Positions 14,268 through 27,194 of a stretch of DNA of 64,000 nucleotides are shown here, piece after piece (positions within the stretch are counted from its first letter, which is position 1; each line of letters opens with the position of its first letter). Source of the stretch: Octopus vulgaris. Taxonomy: Eukaryota. The notes under the pieces are model-generated. The model made no database searches. It was given only the letters and a program-made list of their open reading frames with translations, and was not told the origin of the DNA. The DNA is taken from assembly GCA_951406725.2 (NCBI GenBank), contig OX597819.1:78430001-78494000 (forward strand). Direction: 5' to 3'. The position numbers and the translations under genes were made by a program.

Positions 14268-14445
14268 TAATTGATATTTGTTTTATCGACCCTTGAAGGA
14301 TGAAAGATAAAGTCGACCTCGGCTGAATTTGAACTGAGAACGTAAAGACGTACCAAATTCCGCGCTAATCATTTTGCCCGGTGTGCTAACGATTCTGCCA
14401 ACTCGGCGCCCTGATCTAAGCCTTAATATTAATTACTATTACATC

Positions 14446-14668
14446 CAAGGTGGCGAGCACTGACAGAATCGTTAGCACGCCAGCCAAACTGCTAAGCGGC
14501 ATTTCGTCCGATTTTATGTTTTGAGTTCAAATTCTACCGAGGTCGACTTTGCCTTTCATCCTCTGGAGGATCGATAAAATAAGTACCAGATGAGTACTGG
14601 TGTCGATGTAACCAACTTAGCCCCACGCCCCCAAAATTGCTGGCCTTGAGCCAAAATTTGAAACCAAT
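14446..14668 (+). mobile_element. SINE family B (AAGGCGGCGAGCTGGCAGAATCGTTAGC head; GCCTTTCATCCTTTCGGGGTCGATAAA(A)TAAGTACCAG central domain, MetaSINE-like)
   Basis: Repeated many times in the window; the domain name is from recall and not verified. Confidence 0.85.
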
Positions 14669-15984
14669 ATTATCACCAACACCACCACCGCCACTACTGC
14701 TGCAACACTACCAGTGGTGTTGAACCATTGAGAATGCTTCAATGTGACAGCTCGATACGTTAGGTATAACTAGTTGAGCACTCATAGGGCCGATCACCCG
14801 ATTTCTATTGAGTGTGAGATCACAACATTGCTACTGAACAGGACCCCAGATCATCGCTAGGTTTAATCATTTACATCTGTGTAGACGAGAAAAACGGGAA
14901 ATGAAGAGTTTTGCTCAAGGATACAATGCACAACACGGTCCGAGAATCGAAACCGTGATCCTGCGATTGTGAGTGCAACACCCTAACCACTGCACCGTCT
15001 TAAAACAACGTATGATACACTGGACAATGATGTTTTAGACGAGATGGTTACGGTTGGAATGGTTTTGATCACAAATCTACTCAACTAGGGTTAGCCCAGG
15101 GCTGAACACTGCCAGTGTTACCATTAGCACAAGCATCAATATGACCACCACTAATACTGCCATTACTAAATTGAGAGCTTCCATGAGGTCACTTACTCTA
15201 CTAGAAACAGCAGCCAGACACCCTCAATCATACGTCATCATTTTTGAAAAACACGTACTGGATGAAAAAAAGACGGATTGGTCATGACTGGAACGTCTTT
15301 GTTCAGAGTTTTATTCCACCGGGATGAATCAACCACCACAACTACGAGAATCACGAATTGTCCTTTATCCACTGCGTTCCCTGTCAAAATGTTATCGTCC
15401 TGTTTCAATGCACTCCAGAATACATCCCTAAATCACCCCCCCCACTATCACCCCCCCCCGAGTTATCTCTTATTCCCCTTCCTTTTCTCTGAACTCCTGA
15501 CAGTCTCATTAACACTGGTTGCTTGTTTCAAACAACTACATAACCATTTTTTTTTATCTGCTACGAACGACCTTATCAGACGAGAATCATAAAAGGAGGG
15601 AGCCTTTAACCAGCCATGCAACCCATTAGAAATAGCAGCCAAAATATCCCTCAGGGAATAAACGGTTTATCGTGGTAACAATAAGTGAAGGTGATTTGGG
15701 TGTTGGATTCAAGATCGTAAGACGGTCGTTTCGATCCTTGGGCCGGGCGTTACTCCAGTCCATGCAACTGTAAATGAATTCCAGCAATAGCGGACAGTTA
15801 ACTCTGCGATGGACATGCGTTCCATTCAGTGGGGAGGGGCAGTGATAATCTCAGTCTACTCTATGGAAACCGAATTGAATACATAAGGGATCAAGGTAAA
15901 AAAAAAACCACAAGATCATAGGAATAATGGAAGGATCTCTGAGATGAGATGTAGCCCTCAAAATGACAAAAAAAAAAAGAAAAA

Positions 15985-16278
15985 CTGGCATTCCGTCGGT
16001 TACGACGATGATCAGTGCTCCAGTTGATTTCATCGAACGTGAAATTAACGTGCAAGTGGCTGAGCATTCCACAGACACGTGTACCCTTAACGTAGTTCTC
16101 ATGGAGAATCGGCGTGACACTGAATGTGACAAGGCTGACCCTTTGAAATACAGGTACTACTCAGTTTTGCCAGCTGAGTGGACTGGAGCAGTGTGAAATA
16201 AAATGTCTTGCTCAAGGACACAACGCGTCGCCGGGAATTGAACTCATGACCCTACGATAGTGAGCCGAATTCCTCTAA
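15985..16278 (-). mobile_element. SINE family C (tRNA head, GTCCTTGAGCAAGACA CORE/V-like segment)
   Basis: Matches 28014-28500 and 29740-29960. Confidence 0.85.
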
Positions 16279-16399
16279 GCCCTAAGTCATGCGCCTCCAC
16301 AGCCCTCGATATACTACGTCTGAAAATATGAGAGGATGAAATGCCTTTGCAATGGGGTTCTGTTTGATCAGGACTGAACGAAGGTTGAACAGCAAGATA

Positions 16400-16806
16400 G
16401 ATTACAAATTTAGCGGGAGTGATGGGGTGAGCCGATTTGATTGATCCCACTACAAGATCGATATTTTAATTTATTGAACCAGGAAGACGAAAAAAAAAAA
16501 AAGCGCAGTTGAAATTAGTGGGATTTGATCTCAGATCGTAAAGGACTAGAACGAATACTTGCAAATCATTTTGTTTGACGCTCTAACGGCACTGATAACC
16601 CTCTGCCAGAATAATGGTTTCAATTTTTGGCACACGACCAGCAATTTAGGGGGATGGCATAAGTCAGTTACATCGACCCCCAGCCTTCAACTGGTATTTA
16701 TTTCATCGACCCCGAAAGGATGAAAAAGCAAAGTCGACCATGGCAGAATTTGAACTGCCGCTAAGCATTTGCCTGGTGAGCTTAACGATCGAGCCAGTTC
16801 GCTGCC
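16400..16806 (-). mobile_element. Two family B SINEs (one very old)
   Basis: ATCGACCCCGAAAGGATGAAA..AAAGTCGACC..GAATTTGAACT. Confidence 0.75.
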
Positions 16807-17779
16807 TTCTCCGTCACCGTAATATTATATAATTATATATAAACATTCGAGCTGTAGTGTAGCTAAGTGAGAGGGAATGGTAGTCCTCCCCGAACACGCC
16901 TTTATGAGGGCGTCATTTTTAGTTCTACTATATAACCTGTATAGGCTCCCCCCAGAGAGTGGGGACAGGACGAAAAACTCAAGAACTACTCAGCGTGGCA
17001 CACACTCTAGCTACTCCACTGTACCCAACCAATACTCACTCAAATTGTATCCAACTGTTTTGTAAAAGGAAGGACATATTGGATAATGTCACCCTCGCTA
17101 AACTACATCTGAGCCACCCACCCTAAGAGAAAACAACGGGGTGGTCATAACAAGAATGTCTTTATCGTAGGTCTGCTTGACTAGAGTTGACCTGGGTTTA
17201 AACAGAAACCACAAGACCTCAATCAAGACTTATATGCACAACAGTAACCACAGCTAAAATCTTAGCCTCTTTATGACCCTATATCTAATGGAATTGTAAT
17301 ACGCTTCACTTACTTTGGAAATCAATCGATTGATCATCTAAAAAGATTTTGTAAAATAACTAACATTGTTATTATCAAACCGATTTTTGGAACGTAACTT
17401 AGCAAACAAAAAAGAAAAAAAAAAGGATCTTAAATAGAAATTAAGATGGAAGTTTTAATTTAAACACGAACTCGTTAAAATGGACTCTTTTAATATTTTA
17501 AAATCAGAGCAACCAAGGTTGCTTTCAGGGGGATTGATCTGAATAGAATTAACCCTTTTGAACAGCATTTTACGTAAAAAGTTTGCTTTTTAAAGTTATG
17601 TTCCAAATGCAATAAACGAAAATACAAAAGAAAATCATGACAAAGAAAATTTTATTTCGTTGAATTTTTCTAAATTCAACAAAACATGAAACCGAATGCA
17701 AGAGCAAATATCGCACAGTTACAGCAATAGCTGTAGCCGCCACTAAAACTAAAAGTTATCGAAATAATGTATATATAAT

Positions 17780-18184
17780 AGGCGTAGGAGTGACTGTGTG
17801 GTAAGTAGCTTGCTTACCAACAACATAGTTCTGGGTTCAGTCACACTGCGTGGCACCTTGGCAAGTGTCTTCTACTATAGCCTTGGGCCAACCTTGTGAG
17901 TGGATTTGGTAGACGGAAACTGAGAGAAGCCTGTCGTATATATGTGTATATATATGTATGTGTGTGTATATGTTTGTGTGTCTGTATTTGTCCCTCAAAC
18001 ATCGCTTGACAACCGATGCTGGTGTGTTTATGTCCCCGTAACTTAGCGGTTTGGCAAAAGAGACCGATAGAATAAGTACTAGGCTTATAAAGAATAAGTC
18101 CTGGGGTCGATTTCTTCGACTAAAGGCAGTGCTCCAACATGGCCACAATCAAATGAGTTAAACAAGTAAAAGAGTAAAGAGAGT
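17780..18184 (+). mobile_element. SINE family A
   Basis: Full-length match to other copies. Confidence 0.9.
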
Positions 18185-18235
18185 ACGGTCACTCGACATT
18201 CAGCTAAATCTCTCACAAATCACACATTTAGTTGA

Positions 18236-18266
<31 letters not shown>

Positions 18267-18309
18267 GATGCATTGCAATATTCCAGCAGAAATGGATGCA
18301 CTGCGAATG

Positions 18310-18512
18310 GTTAGCAAAATCGTTAACATGCCGGGCAAAATGCTTAGCAGCATTTCGTCCGTCTTTGCGATCTGAGATCAAATTCCGCCGGGGCTCACTT
18401 TACTTTTCATCCTTTCGGGGTAGGTAAATTAAGTAGCAGTTGAGTACTGGGGTCAATGTAATTGACTATCCCACGCTCCCAAACTTCAACCCTTGTGCCT
18501 ATTATAGAAAGG

Positions 18513-18549
<37 letters not shown>

Positions 18550-19075
18550 AGAAGGGAGTGAGCCGACAGAATCGTTAGCGTGCCAGTTGAAGTGCTTAGT
18601 GGCATTCCGTCCGTCTTTACATTCTGAGTTCAAACCCGCCGATGTCGACTTTGACTTTCATCCTTTCAGGGTTGGTAAATTAAGTATCAGTTGAGAACTG
18701 GGGTCGAAGTAATCGATTTACGCCCTCCCCTGAAATTGATATTCCAATATTCCAATTAAAAAAAGACTGGATGTTTACGACTGGGAGACTTATAACTAGA
18801 GATCTGCTTGATGAGGTCTAGTTTTGGGGGTAAAGCAACAACCCTAATGGTCACCATAAGAAATATAATATTGGTTTCCCATTTTGGCACAAAACCAGCC
18901 ATTTCGGGGAAATGCTAAGTCTATTACATCAATTCCAGTGCTCAACAGGTACTTATTTTATCGACCTCGAAAGGATGAAAGGCAAAGTCGACCTCGGAGG
19001 AATTTGAACTCGAAATACGAAGATGGACGAAATGCCGCTTAGCATTTTGCTCAACGCGGCAACGATTCTGCTAGA
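18310..19075. mobile_element. Cluster of three family B SINEs (+18310-18510, +18549-18735, -18872-19075)
   Basis: Consensus matches separated by (CTA)n and an old SINE fragment. Confidence 0.85.
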
Positions 19076-19607
19076 ATCGGTTCCTTATTCAAGAAATATA
19101 ATATCAACGATGGCAAACCACTTTGTCTGTTTGGCTTCGCAGTGTGATTCTTAATCAGGCAGAAATATGATGATTCTAGAGCAAAGGTCCAGTGAATTTA
19201 ATCATGTGGTTTGATAGCAATCTACATGTGGAGGCGCGTGGATCGACGATTAGCGGGGTGTTGTACTTGTGAATGTAAGATCATGGTATCTGTTCTTAGA
19301 CCGGGCGCTGCGTTTCTGCTCTTGAGAAAAAACATTTTATTTCACATTACTTCAATCCAGGGATTGGTGGAATATATACGTCACAGAATCCGGGAACTCG
19401 GCCTCATGAGCCTCATGGTTCGGGATGGTTCCTTGATCTTTTTATGTGCTAAAGGTCTGCTTTATCAGCGTTAACCTAGATATTAAACAAGAATCACTGA
19501 CTAAGTCTTGATGCTAGAGCTACATGTACTGCAGGCTTGTACTACTTCTGAGTCATACATATAAATGATATTTTACTTTTAAAAACCAAATCTGTAAAAA
19601 CATTACT

Positions 19608-20021
19608 CGGATCTTTTCGGTTTGAACGGCAGTTTTTAACATAATTTCTAGGTAACTAAAAAATTTTAAACTTCGTATACTGGTAGAATGTGTTTATAAA
19701 ATATCTTTTTCTCTTGGCTTTATTGAAAAAATTTTATAGTTTGTAAGATATTTGTTGGTTTTTTTTCTTCAATTTCTGCAATTTCAACCAATCAATGACG
19801 TCCATTGAGGTAAAAAAACATTCTGTACCGTATGAATATTCCCTCGTTTAAGAAACAGATTGGGTTTATTTACATTTGTGAAGAAAAAAAGATACCCTTC
19901 CCCCCACCCCTAACCCTAAAACAGATTGAAATGCAATAGATCGATACTAGGGTCATAATTATGGGTGACAATTTCATATGACACCGCTAGAAAAAAATGC
20001 CGTTCAAACCGAAAAGATCCC
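19608..20021. mobile_element. MITE with GGGATCTTTTCGGTTTGAACGGCA TIRs and 6-bp TSD ATTACT
   Basis: About 30-bp TIRs; ATTACT at 19602-19607 and 20022-20027; internal CCCTAACCCTAA. Confidence 0.9.
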
Positions 20022-20819
20022 ATTACTTTTTATCCTTGACACCGGCAAAATCTTTGCTTTTACGTAAGGAACTTGCTAAATCTGACAATCTTTCCAAGAC
20101 GATTTCACATTGAGAACATTGCCAATACTGACGCACCGATCGGCTGCTGAGCGTTTGTCTACAGAGCTAAAGTTAGCCCCACATTAAAGAGCGTACTGTT
20201 CAAACCTCTAGAACTATGAATATACCGTTTTAAGATATACAGACATTCTAAAGGATATAAAGGACGAACCAACGAAGGACTCACTTATGCGATAACTGGA
20301 CGCGTTAGAAAAATAGCTGTATCTCCCTGACATGATGTTTTGTCGTCTTATAACTTTGGCGACACGTTGCGCAAAGTGGTTTGGGGATTCTCTGCGCCAA
20401 GGAAAAAGACAAGATGGTTACAGCTGTAATGAATTTTATCATAAGTCTCTTCGATCAAGACTGAGCTGGAGATTAAACAATAACATGAACCACAATAAAA
20501 TGTCTACAAAAGCTGAAAGGTACTGTCCTTTCTCTGCTCTGAGTAATTAAAACTGAAAGGGCGGAGTCAGTCTTCATATCGTTGCTGACACTACCATCAT
20601 ACGGACCATCACCACCACCACTGATACTACTACTTCCAACATTATCAAACTCGGAGTTGTTCTCATCATGCAACCATAAACACACACACACACATCTATA
20701 CATCGAATCACGAGCACCCATCAAAGTACAAATCATAACAACTACAACATGGAATACACAGAGAAGGGAATAGCGTGGCGGCCATATTAATTTATATTGA
20801 TACTGTTGGTGTTGTAGCC

Positions 20820-20821
20820 AT

Positions 20822-20874
<53 letters not shown>

Positions 20875-20943
20875 CATGTAACAAACTCGACACACATATA
20901 ACAGACACACACATGTATATACATACACACACACATATATATA

Positions 20944-20977
<34 letters not shown>

Positions 20978-21130
20978 TATATATATATATATACATACAT
21001 ACACGCACACACATATATATATATACATACACACACACATATATATACATACACACACACATATATATATACATACACACACACACACATATATATACAT
21101 ACACACACACACACACATATATATATACAT

Positions 21131-21203
<73 letters not shown>

Positions 21204-21965
21204 AACACACACATATGTATGTATGTATGTATGTATCTGAGTGTACACGTGTTAGTTGCCTCCTCCGACATACATTACGTTACTCCTCTCTTAATTAAAC
21301 TTCTTTTCCTTTTACGAAAGACAACTTCTCCTTACTTCTGAACTGCGTCTCTCGCAACTTTCCTCGCTTCTTTCTATCTTTCATCACCTGGCAAAATGTA
21401 ACTCCACCTCACATTTCTCTCTGACATTGTATCTCCTACCCACACGCACACTGTAATTAATTAACTACTGTCCCCTTTTACCAGCCATGTATTGTACACA
21501 GTTTATACAAGAATTGTACTGTTGTTATACGGGTAGTAGTGGCTTAGAAGACAATTACAACACTTACGCTAGTGCACGTGTATGTTTAAGTGTGTCTCTG
21601 TGTCAGTATTTACAGATATAGCCTATATATATGTATGTAAGGGACGTTCAAGACAGAATATATATATATATATATACACACATACACGTGCATATATCTA
21701 TATACATATATATATATACATACATATATACACATATATACGTATATATATATATATATATATACATACACATACACATGAATATATCTATATACATATA
21801 TATATATAGACATATACATACATATATACACATATACATACATATATACACATATACATACATATATACACATACGTATATATATATATACATATATATT
21901 TATACATATGCATATACACACATATATATACATATATATATAAATATATATACACATATATATAC

Positions 21966-22000
<35 letters not shown>

Positions 22001-22588
22001 CACACATATATATATATATATATATATACATATTAATATATACAGATAGATATATAAACATATATATACATATATATATTAACATTTATATATACATATA
22101 TATATATACATATGTATATATACATACATATGTATATATACATATATTCATTTACACACACACACACATATATATATATATACATATATATATACATATA
22201 TATATATATTAAACAAAATAAAAAGTTAGAGGTTATGCAACCATCTAAGGGATAGATGTAACCGTAGGCACTCCTGGTGTATATATATATATCCTTACTA
22301 TATATAGTCCTACATATAGAGTATACAGTGGTATGTACTTTAAGCCTAAAGACTTAACGCACCTTTTCCCATTTTACTTTTTCTTTTCTTTCATTACACT
22401 CTAAAATCATTTTGAAGGTTTTTGTTAAACGTAATGAGGTAAATGTAAATTTACTCAGATTTGATAAACAGAAACAGCTGTAAATGGTTCCCAACTGCAA
22501 TTAAGTAATGACTTTTTAATACCAATGATCAACTTCACATTGTTAATGGTTGTTCCATTTCTTTTCGTTTCCATTTATATACACATAC

Positions 22589-22635
<47 letters not shown>

Positions 22636-22724
22636 TATACATATATAAATGCACACATTTATATACATATATATATGCACATATATATATACATATATAC
22701 ACACACACATATATATACATATAT

Positions 22725-22757
<33 letters not shown>

Positions 22758-22985
22758 CAAATATACATATACACACATATATCTACAAATATACACATAT
22801 ATACAGACATATATATATATATATATATACATGTACATATATATGTATATATTTATATTTATACATACATATATATACATACATAAAATACATATATATA
22901 CACATACTTAAAATACATATATATATATACACATACGTACATATCTATATACCTATATATACACATACAGACACACACACACACA

Positions 22986-23025
<40 letters not shown>

Positions 23026-23150
23026 GCACACACACAGATATATACACATACATATACATATGCATATATACGTATATCAATATAGATCTATAAATGCATA
23101 TATGTATACATATATACAAACACATATATAGATATATATATATATATATG
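20820..23150. repeat. Large compound (TA)n/(CA)n/(TACA)n microsatellite blocks with short unique inserts
   Basis: Direct inspection. Confidence 0.95.
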
Positions 23151-23822
23151 CACATAATGAGAAGCAAACCCGGATAATTAGTTTTATCTGGAATTTCCCA
23201 ATCGAACAGCATCTAGCAACTAATAAGTCTTATGTTCGATATCGTGTATTAAGTTACAAGGTAAAAATATATTAAAATAAATAAATAAAAATAAGATAAA
23301 CACATTTTTTTACAAATTATTTTCCCGATGTTTCGCAGGACAACAGCCTATTTTCAAGAGGCAGATTATTTAAGCTTTCGTAAAAAAATAGCCAGTTTGG
23401 TAATTTCGCAAGAACCCCATATTTCAATTCTGCAGTAAGCATTCATTTATAAACACTTCCAAAGTGGAACACTTTGGTTTTGTGTGAATGTGGAACCTGT
23501 AGTTTCGAGTAGAAATTTTCGTCCTGGAGACAGACGAACTTTTCAGACTGAAACGTTAATATTTTCTTATTTCTCACGGTGTATTTTAACTTATTCGTTG
23601 GGATTTATTGTTTCTTACGAGGACTTCTAACACCCGCCGTCAGTTTTATTTTATTTATTTTCAAACGGAAATATGAACAAAAAGAAATCATGAAAATCAG
23701 ACGAAAGTTTTTGGAATTTATTTGATCCAATTTTGTTTAATTGGAAAGTAAAAACTAGAAACTGATTAGAATTAGAAGATTTACAGCTGCAATATCAATA
23801 CAAACACACACACACATGGAAT

Positions 23823-23856
<34 letters not shown>

Positions 23857-24492
23857 TATATATAGAGTATAATATACATATAATATATATATGGAATATA
23901 ATATTTATATATGTGTGTGTGTGTATATATATATATATGGAATATGATATACATATATATGGAATACGGTATACATATATAAATATGGAATATGATATAT
24001 ATATGTGGAACACAATATACATGAATATATTATATATACACGTATATATGTAATATAATATACATATGTATTTATACATGGAATATAATATACATATATA
24101 TATATATGGAATGTGATATGCACACACACACACATGGAATATGATATGTATATATATATATGGAATATAATACACACACACACACACATATATATATAAT
24201 TAGAATATAATATACACACTTATATATATATGAAATATAGTAAACATATATATGAAATATAATGTACATACATATATGGAGTATAATACTTATATATATG
24301 GAGTATAGTATACATACATATATATATATATATATATGGAGTATAATATACACACATATACATGGAATATAATATACACACACATATATATATGGAATAT
24401 AATATAATATACATACTCATACAAACACACACACACACATATATATATATACCATACTACAAAGCACAGCCCTACTAAAGGGAGACCCAAAG

Positions 24493-25023
24493 ATGAACCG
24501 GATCCTCGAAACACACACCATCATTAAAAGTAAACGGCAACCAAAATCCTTGAAAAGGATTTTAACCCAAGCTACACTGCACTCAACATCAACCACAAAA
24601 CCAGCAGTTAGAAAATGTGGAAGGCCCAACTGCGGAATCTGTGTCATCTTGAAAGAAGGATCAGAATTTATACTGGAACAAGGCCACCAGTTCACCATTA
24701 GAACAAACTTCACCTGCGCATCAGAAAACTTAATTTACGTCATAACATGCGCAGGCTGCAATAGGCAGTATATAGGCCATACAAAAAATAGCTTACGTAA
24801 CAGGATGGCGGTGCATAAATCACAAATTAGAAACCCTGATTACCGCAAAATACCGGTCAGCGGACACATAGATAGATGTGCTGGAAATGTAAATCCGAAA
24901 TTTACAACTAACCCGCTCTATAAATTCAGTGACAACGCAACCTTCACACAACGCCAAAATAAAGAACTATATTTCATAAAAAAATTTAGACCAAGTTTAA
25001 ACACCCTGGGCCAGGAATACTAA
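24493..25023 (+). CDS. GIY-YIG endonuclease domain of a Penelope-like retroelement (Neptune-type), C-terminal part of a 5'-truncated ORF
   Basis: Linker KRQPKSLKRIL, Cys cluster CGRPNCGIC, TCASENLIYVITCAGCNRQYIGHT (GIY-YIG-like LIY..YIG with CxxC), RMAVH, VSGH, and C-terminal RQNKELYFIKKFRPSLN. The frame stays open upstream to the (TA)n junction, so the ATG is internal. Confidence 0.92.
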   Translation: MNRILETHTIIKSKRQPKSLKRILTQATLHSTSTTKPAVRKCGRPNCGICVILKEGSEFILEQGHQFTIRTNFTCASENLIYVITCAGCNRQYIGHTKNSLRNRMAVHKSQIRNPDYRKIPVSGHIDRCAGNVNPKFTTNPLYKFSDNATFTQRQNKELYFIKKFRPSLNTLGQEY

Positions 25024-25190
25024 AACAAAAGATAAGTCCTCCGAAAAGGAGAACCAAATTTCACCACGGCCGCTACTTCAAACAGACACTCACTCTGACG
25101 GAAATATGCCTTAGTAAAAAAGGGAAAAAATTCTTTCGTGCAAATCTGACCCTGATACATACGATACAGCTAAGGGTCAGACCCGATTCT

Positions 25191-25562
25191 GATTGGTCAA
25201 CAAGTTGATGACGTCTAGCTCTGCTAGAATGGACAGGATACAAATAGGGGACAGTCATTAGTCAGAATATTGATGACGTCCTTTTCTGCTTGAATAGTCA
25301 CCTAACAAGTACAGACAGGGGACAGATCTAATGTAGCTATAAGTCGTGATTGGGCAGAATCTGGATGACATCCCGCTATGCTTGACTAACGAAGCGACTG
25401 GTCAAGACAGGAAACAAACAAGAGGGAGTTATAATGCAGCGATTGGTCAAAATAATGATGATGTCCCGTTCCACTTGATTAAAGCCACCTAACGAAACGA
25501 TTGGTCAAAACATTGATGACGTCACGCTACGCTAGATTGACCACCTAACAGGCATTATAAAA
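25191..25562 (+). promoter_or_regulatory. Five-unit ATTGG-N9-TGATGACGTC array followed by a TATA box (putative PLE pseudo-LTR promoter)
   Basis: Units start at about 25191, 25256, 25348, 25441 and 25499 with a constant 9-nt spacer; the last unit has a perfect TGACGTCA; TATAAAA at 25556-25562. Confidence 0.6.
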
Positions 25563-25903
25563 CCAAGCATTTCACAAAAAATCACTAGAACCACCCAGCG
25601 AACTTCCACCATGGGTCATCACAATTGCTTAAGGTAAAAATGAATTCCTCGCTCTTTCGGAAACATCAATCTTCTGTATTGACCGCTTTCCACCACTTTG
25701 ATCTGTTTTTTGTATTGAATACGTATCGCCACCGTGGGCCACTGCATCGAACACTTTGAAATATACTTCAAACTATATATCAACTATACATGAACTATAT
25801 ATCAACTATACATGAACTCTAAGATGTCTGACTCCGTTGTGTATTATAAATGAATTTCTTGTGTTTGACGGCATGAGCTGTCTCTTTTTATATATAACTT
25901 TTT

Positions 25904-25937
25904 TTGATAAGGTTCATTTCAGGAACTGAAACATGTT
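25904..25937 (+). ncRNA. Degenerate minimal hammerhead ribozyme in the PLE tail
   Basis: TTGATAA-GGTTC-(7 nt)-GAACT-GAAAC-AT-GTT: two mismatches to CUGAUGA, stem II pairs, palindromic stem III ACATGT. Confidence 0.6.
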
Positions 25938-25999
25938 ATAATGTATATATAAAAATTAAAAATTGTATAATACAGCAGCATTTTCGAACTTCATTTTTT

Positions 26000-26031
<32 letters not shown>

Positions 26032-26086
26032 GGAATATGATATATATGTATGGAATATAATGTGTGTGTATGTGTGTATATATATA

Positions 26087-26275
26087 CTTCGATTAAAGCG
26101 ACATTATCTAAACAATTGACTGAAAAATGACAAGCTTACTCAGGCTAGAATCGAATCTACATATCAACGCTAAAACGGCTCCTTCTGCATCCGATTGATC
26201 CAGACGCTCACGCATAAATTTCAGTGAAATTTTATGTATAGATACTGAACTGTCTAATACTACATATAATACATG
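26087..26275 (-). mobile_element. tRNA-like Pol III unit element, copy 1
   Basis: Reverse complement aligns to 26421-26609; A-box-like TGGATCAATCGG and B-box-like GATTCGATTCT; ends at (TA)n. Confidence 0.7.
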
Positions 26276-26398
26276 TAAATAAACTCGGAGGTTAGATAAG
26301 TTACGATGAAAGAGTGACTACAAAAGTTATTCTTTTTATACAATGATAACTATATATTAATATATCATCATAATAATAATGATAATAACATATATATA

Positions 26399-26609
26399 CT
26401 CCGATTAAAGCGACATTAAGCAAATATTGTATTTAGTACTAGACAATTAAGTATCTATATATAAAATTTGACTGAAATCTACGAGTGAGCGTCTGACTCA
26501 ATCAGATGCGCTAGGAGCTCTGTTAGCGTTGATATGTGGGTTCGATTCTAGCCGGAGTAAGCTCATCATTTTTCGGACAATTGTTTAGATAATGTCGATT
26601 TAATCGGAG
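26399..26609 (+). mobile_element. tRNA-like Pol III unit element, copy 2, with a 20-bp inverted copy of its 3' end at its 5' end
   Basis: CTCCGATTAAAGCGACATTA (26399-26418) mirrors TAATGTCGATTTAATCGGAG (26590-26609); GAGC...GCTC acceptor-like ends (26487-26564), B-box GGTTCGATTCT, then TTTTT. Confidence 0.7.
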
Positions 26610-26824
26610 TATATATATAATTATCAGGATGTATTATATATCACTAAAGATAATATAGGTATTATTGTATAAAAAAAAAGACTTTCGTAGTCGCTCTTTC
26701 TCTGTATATATATTAAATATAATGCAGAAATATATATATTCTTTTTTGGGAAAAGTGAAACTCGAGCTATAAATAATATGTAAATATCGCGCTAAAAGAA
26801 GTGCAATAAATAGAAAATGTCGAT

Positions 26825-26888
26825 GGCTGTCCATAGGACTCGGAACCGCATCTTTAAACACGATAGACGTTCTGCCATTGCACCAAAG
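26825..26888 (-). pseudogene. tRNA-derived unit (not a functional tRNA)
   Basis: TGGTGCAATGG A-box and GGTTCCGAGTCC B-box-like; no complete cloverleaf. Confidence 0.5.
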
Positions 26889-27022
26889 AAATACATTAAA
26901 GGTCTCTTTCCATTTTTGGAAACTTTATTCTTACCAACGAGAAGAGTAAGCTGTTGACGTGATATTGCAAATGTAATGTACAAAATACACATATATGTAT
27001 ATATATATATATTATATATATA

Positions 27023-27063
<41 letters not shown>

Positions 27064-27072
27064 CTAGCTTAC

Positions 27073-27194
27073 CTTATAGAATGGAAATGCGTTAATTAAC
27101 TGAGAACAGCTCCAAAATGTGCCAGAGTTTGTTTGAGAAGTAAATACTCAGACAGAAAGTTATAAATCACGACAGGACAGGTGAAGATACTTAC
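27073..27194 (-). other. Putative 122-nt non-coding exon whose acceptor is immediately followed by a 5' splice site (recursive-splice-like)
   Basis: Minus strand TTTTGCTTTCTCTTTTGTCTTTTTAG|GTAAGT ... ATAAG|GTAAGC; stops in all three frames, no ATG. Confidence 0.6.

Larger units (their letters stand above)
24452..26003 (+). mobile_element. 5'-truncated Penelope-like element (EN ORF plus 3' pseudo-LTR region) inserted in a compound TA/ATGGAATAT microsatellite
   Basis: GIY-YIG ORF followed by about 1 kb of non-coding tail with a promoter-like array and a degenerate hammerhead. The same ATGGAATAT(A/G)AT+(TA)n satellite lies on both sides (23810-24450 and 26004-26085). Confidence 0.85.

Noticed and set aside
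20775-24514. Many long ORFs rich in YI/HT/CV dipeptides
   Set aside because: Translations of (TA)n and (CA)n microsatellites, open in several frames on both strands.
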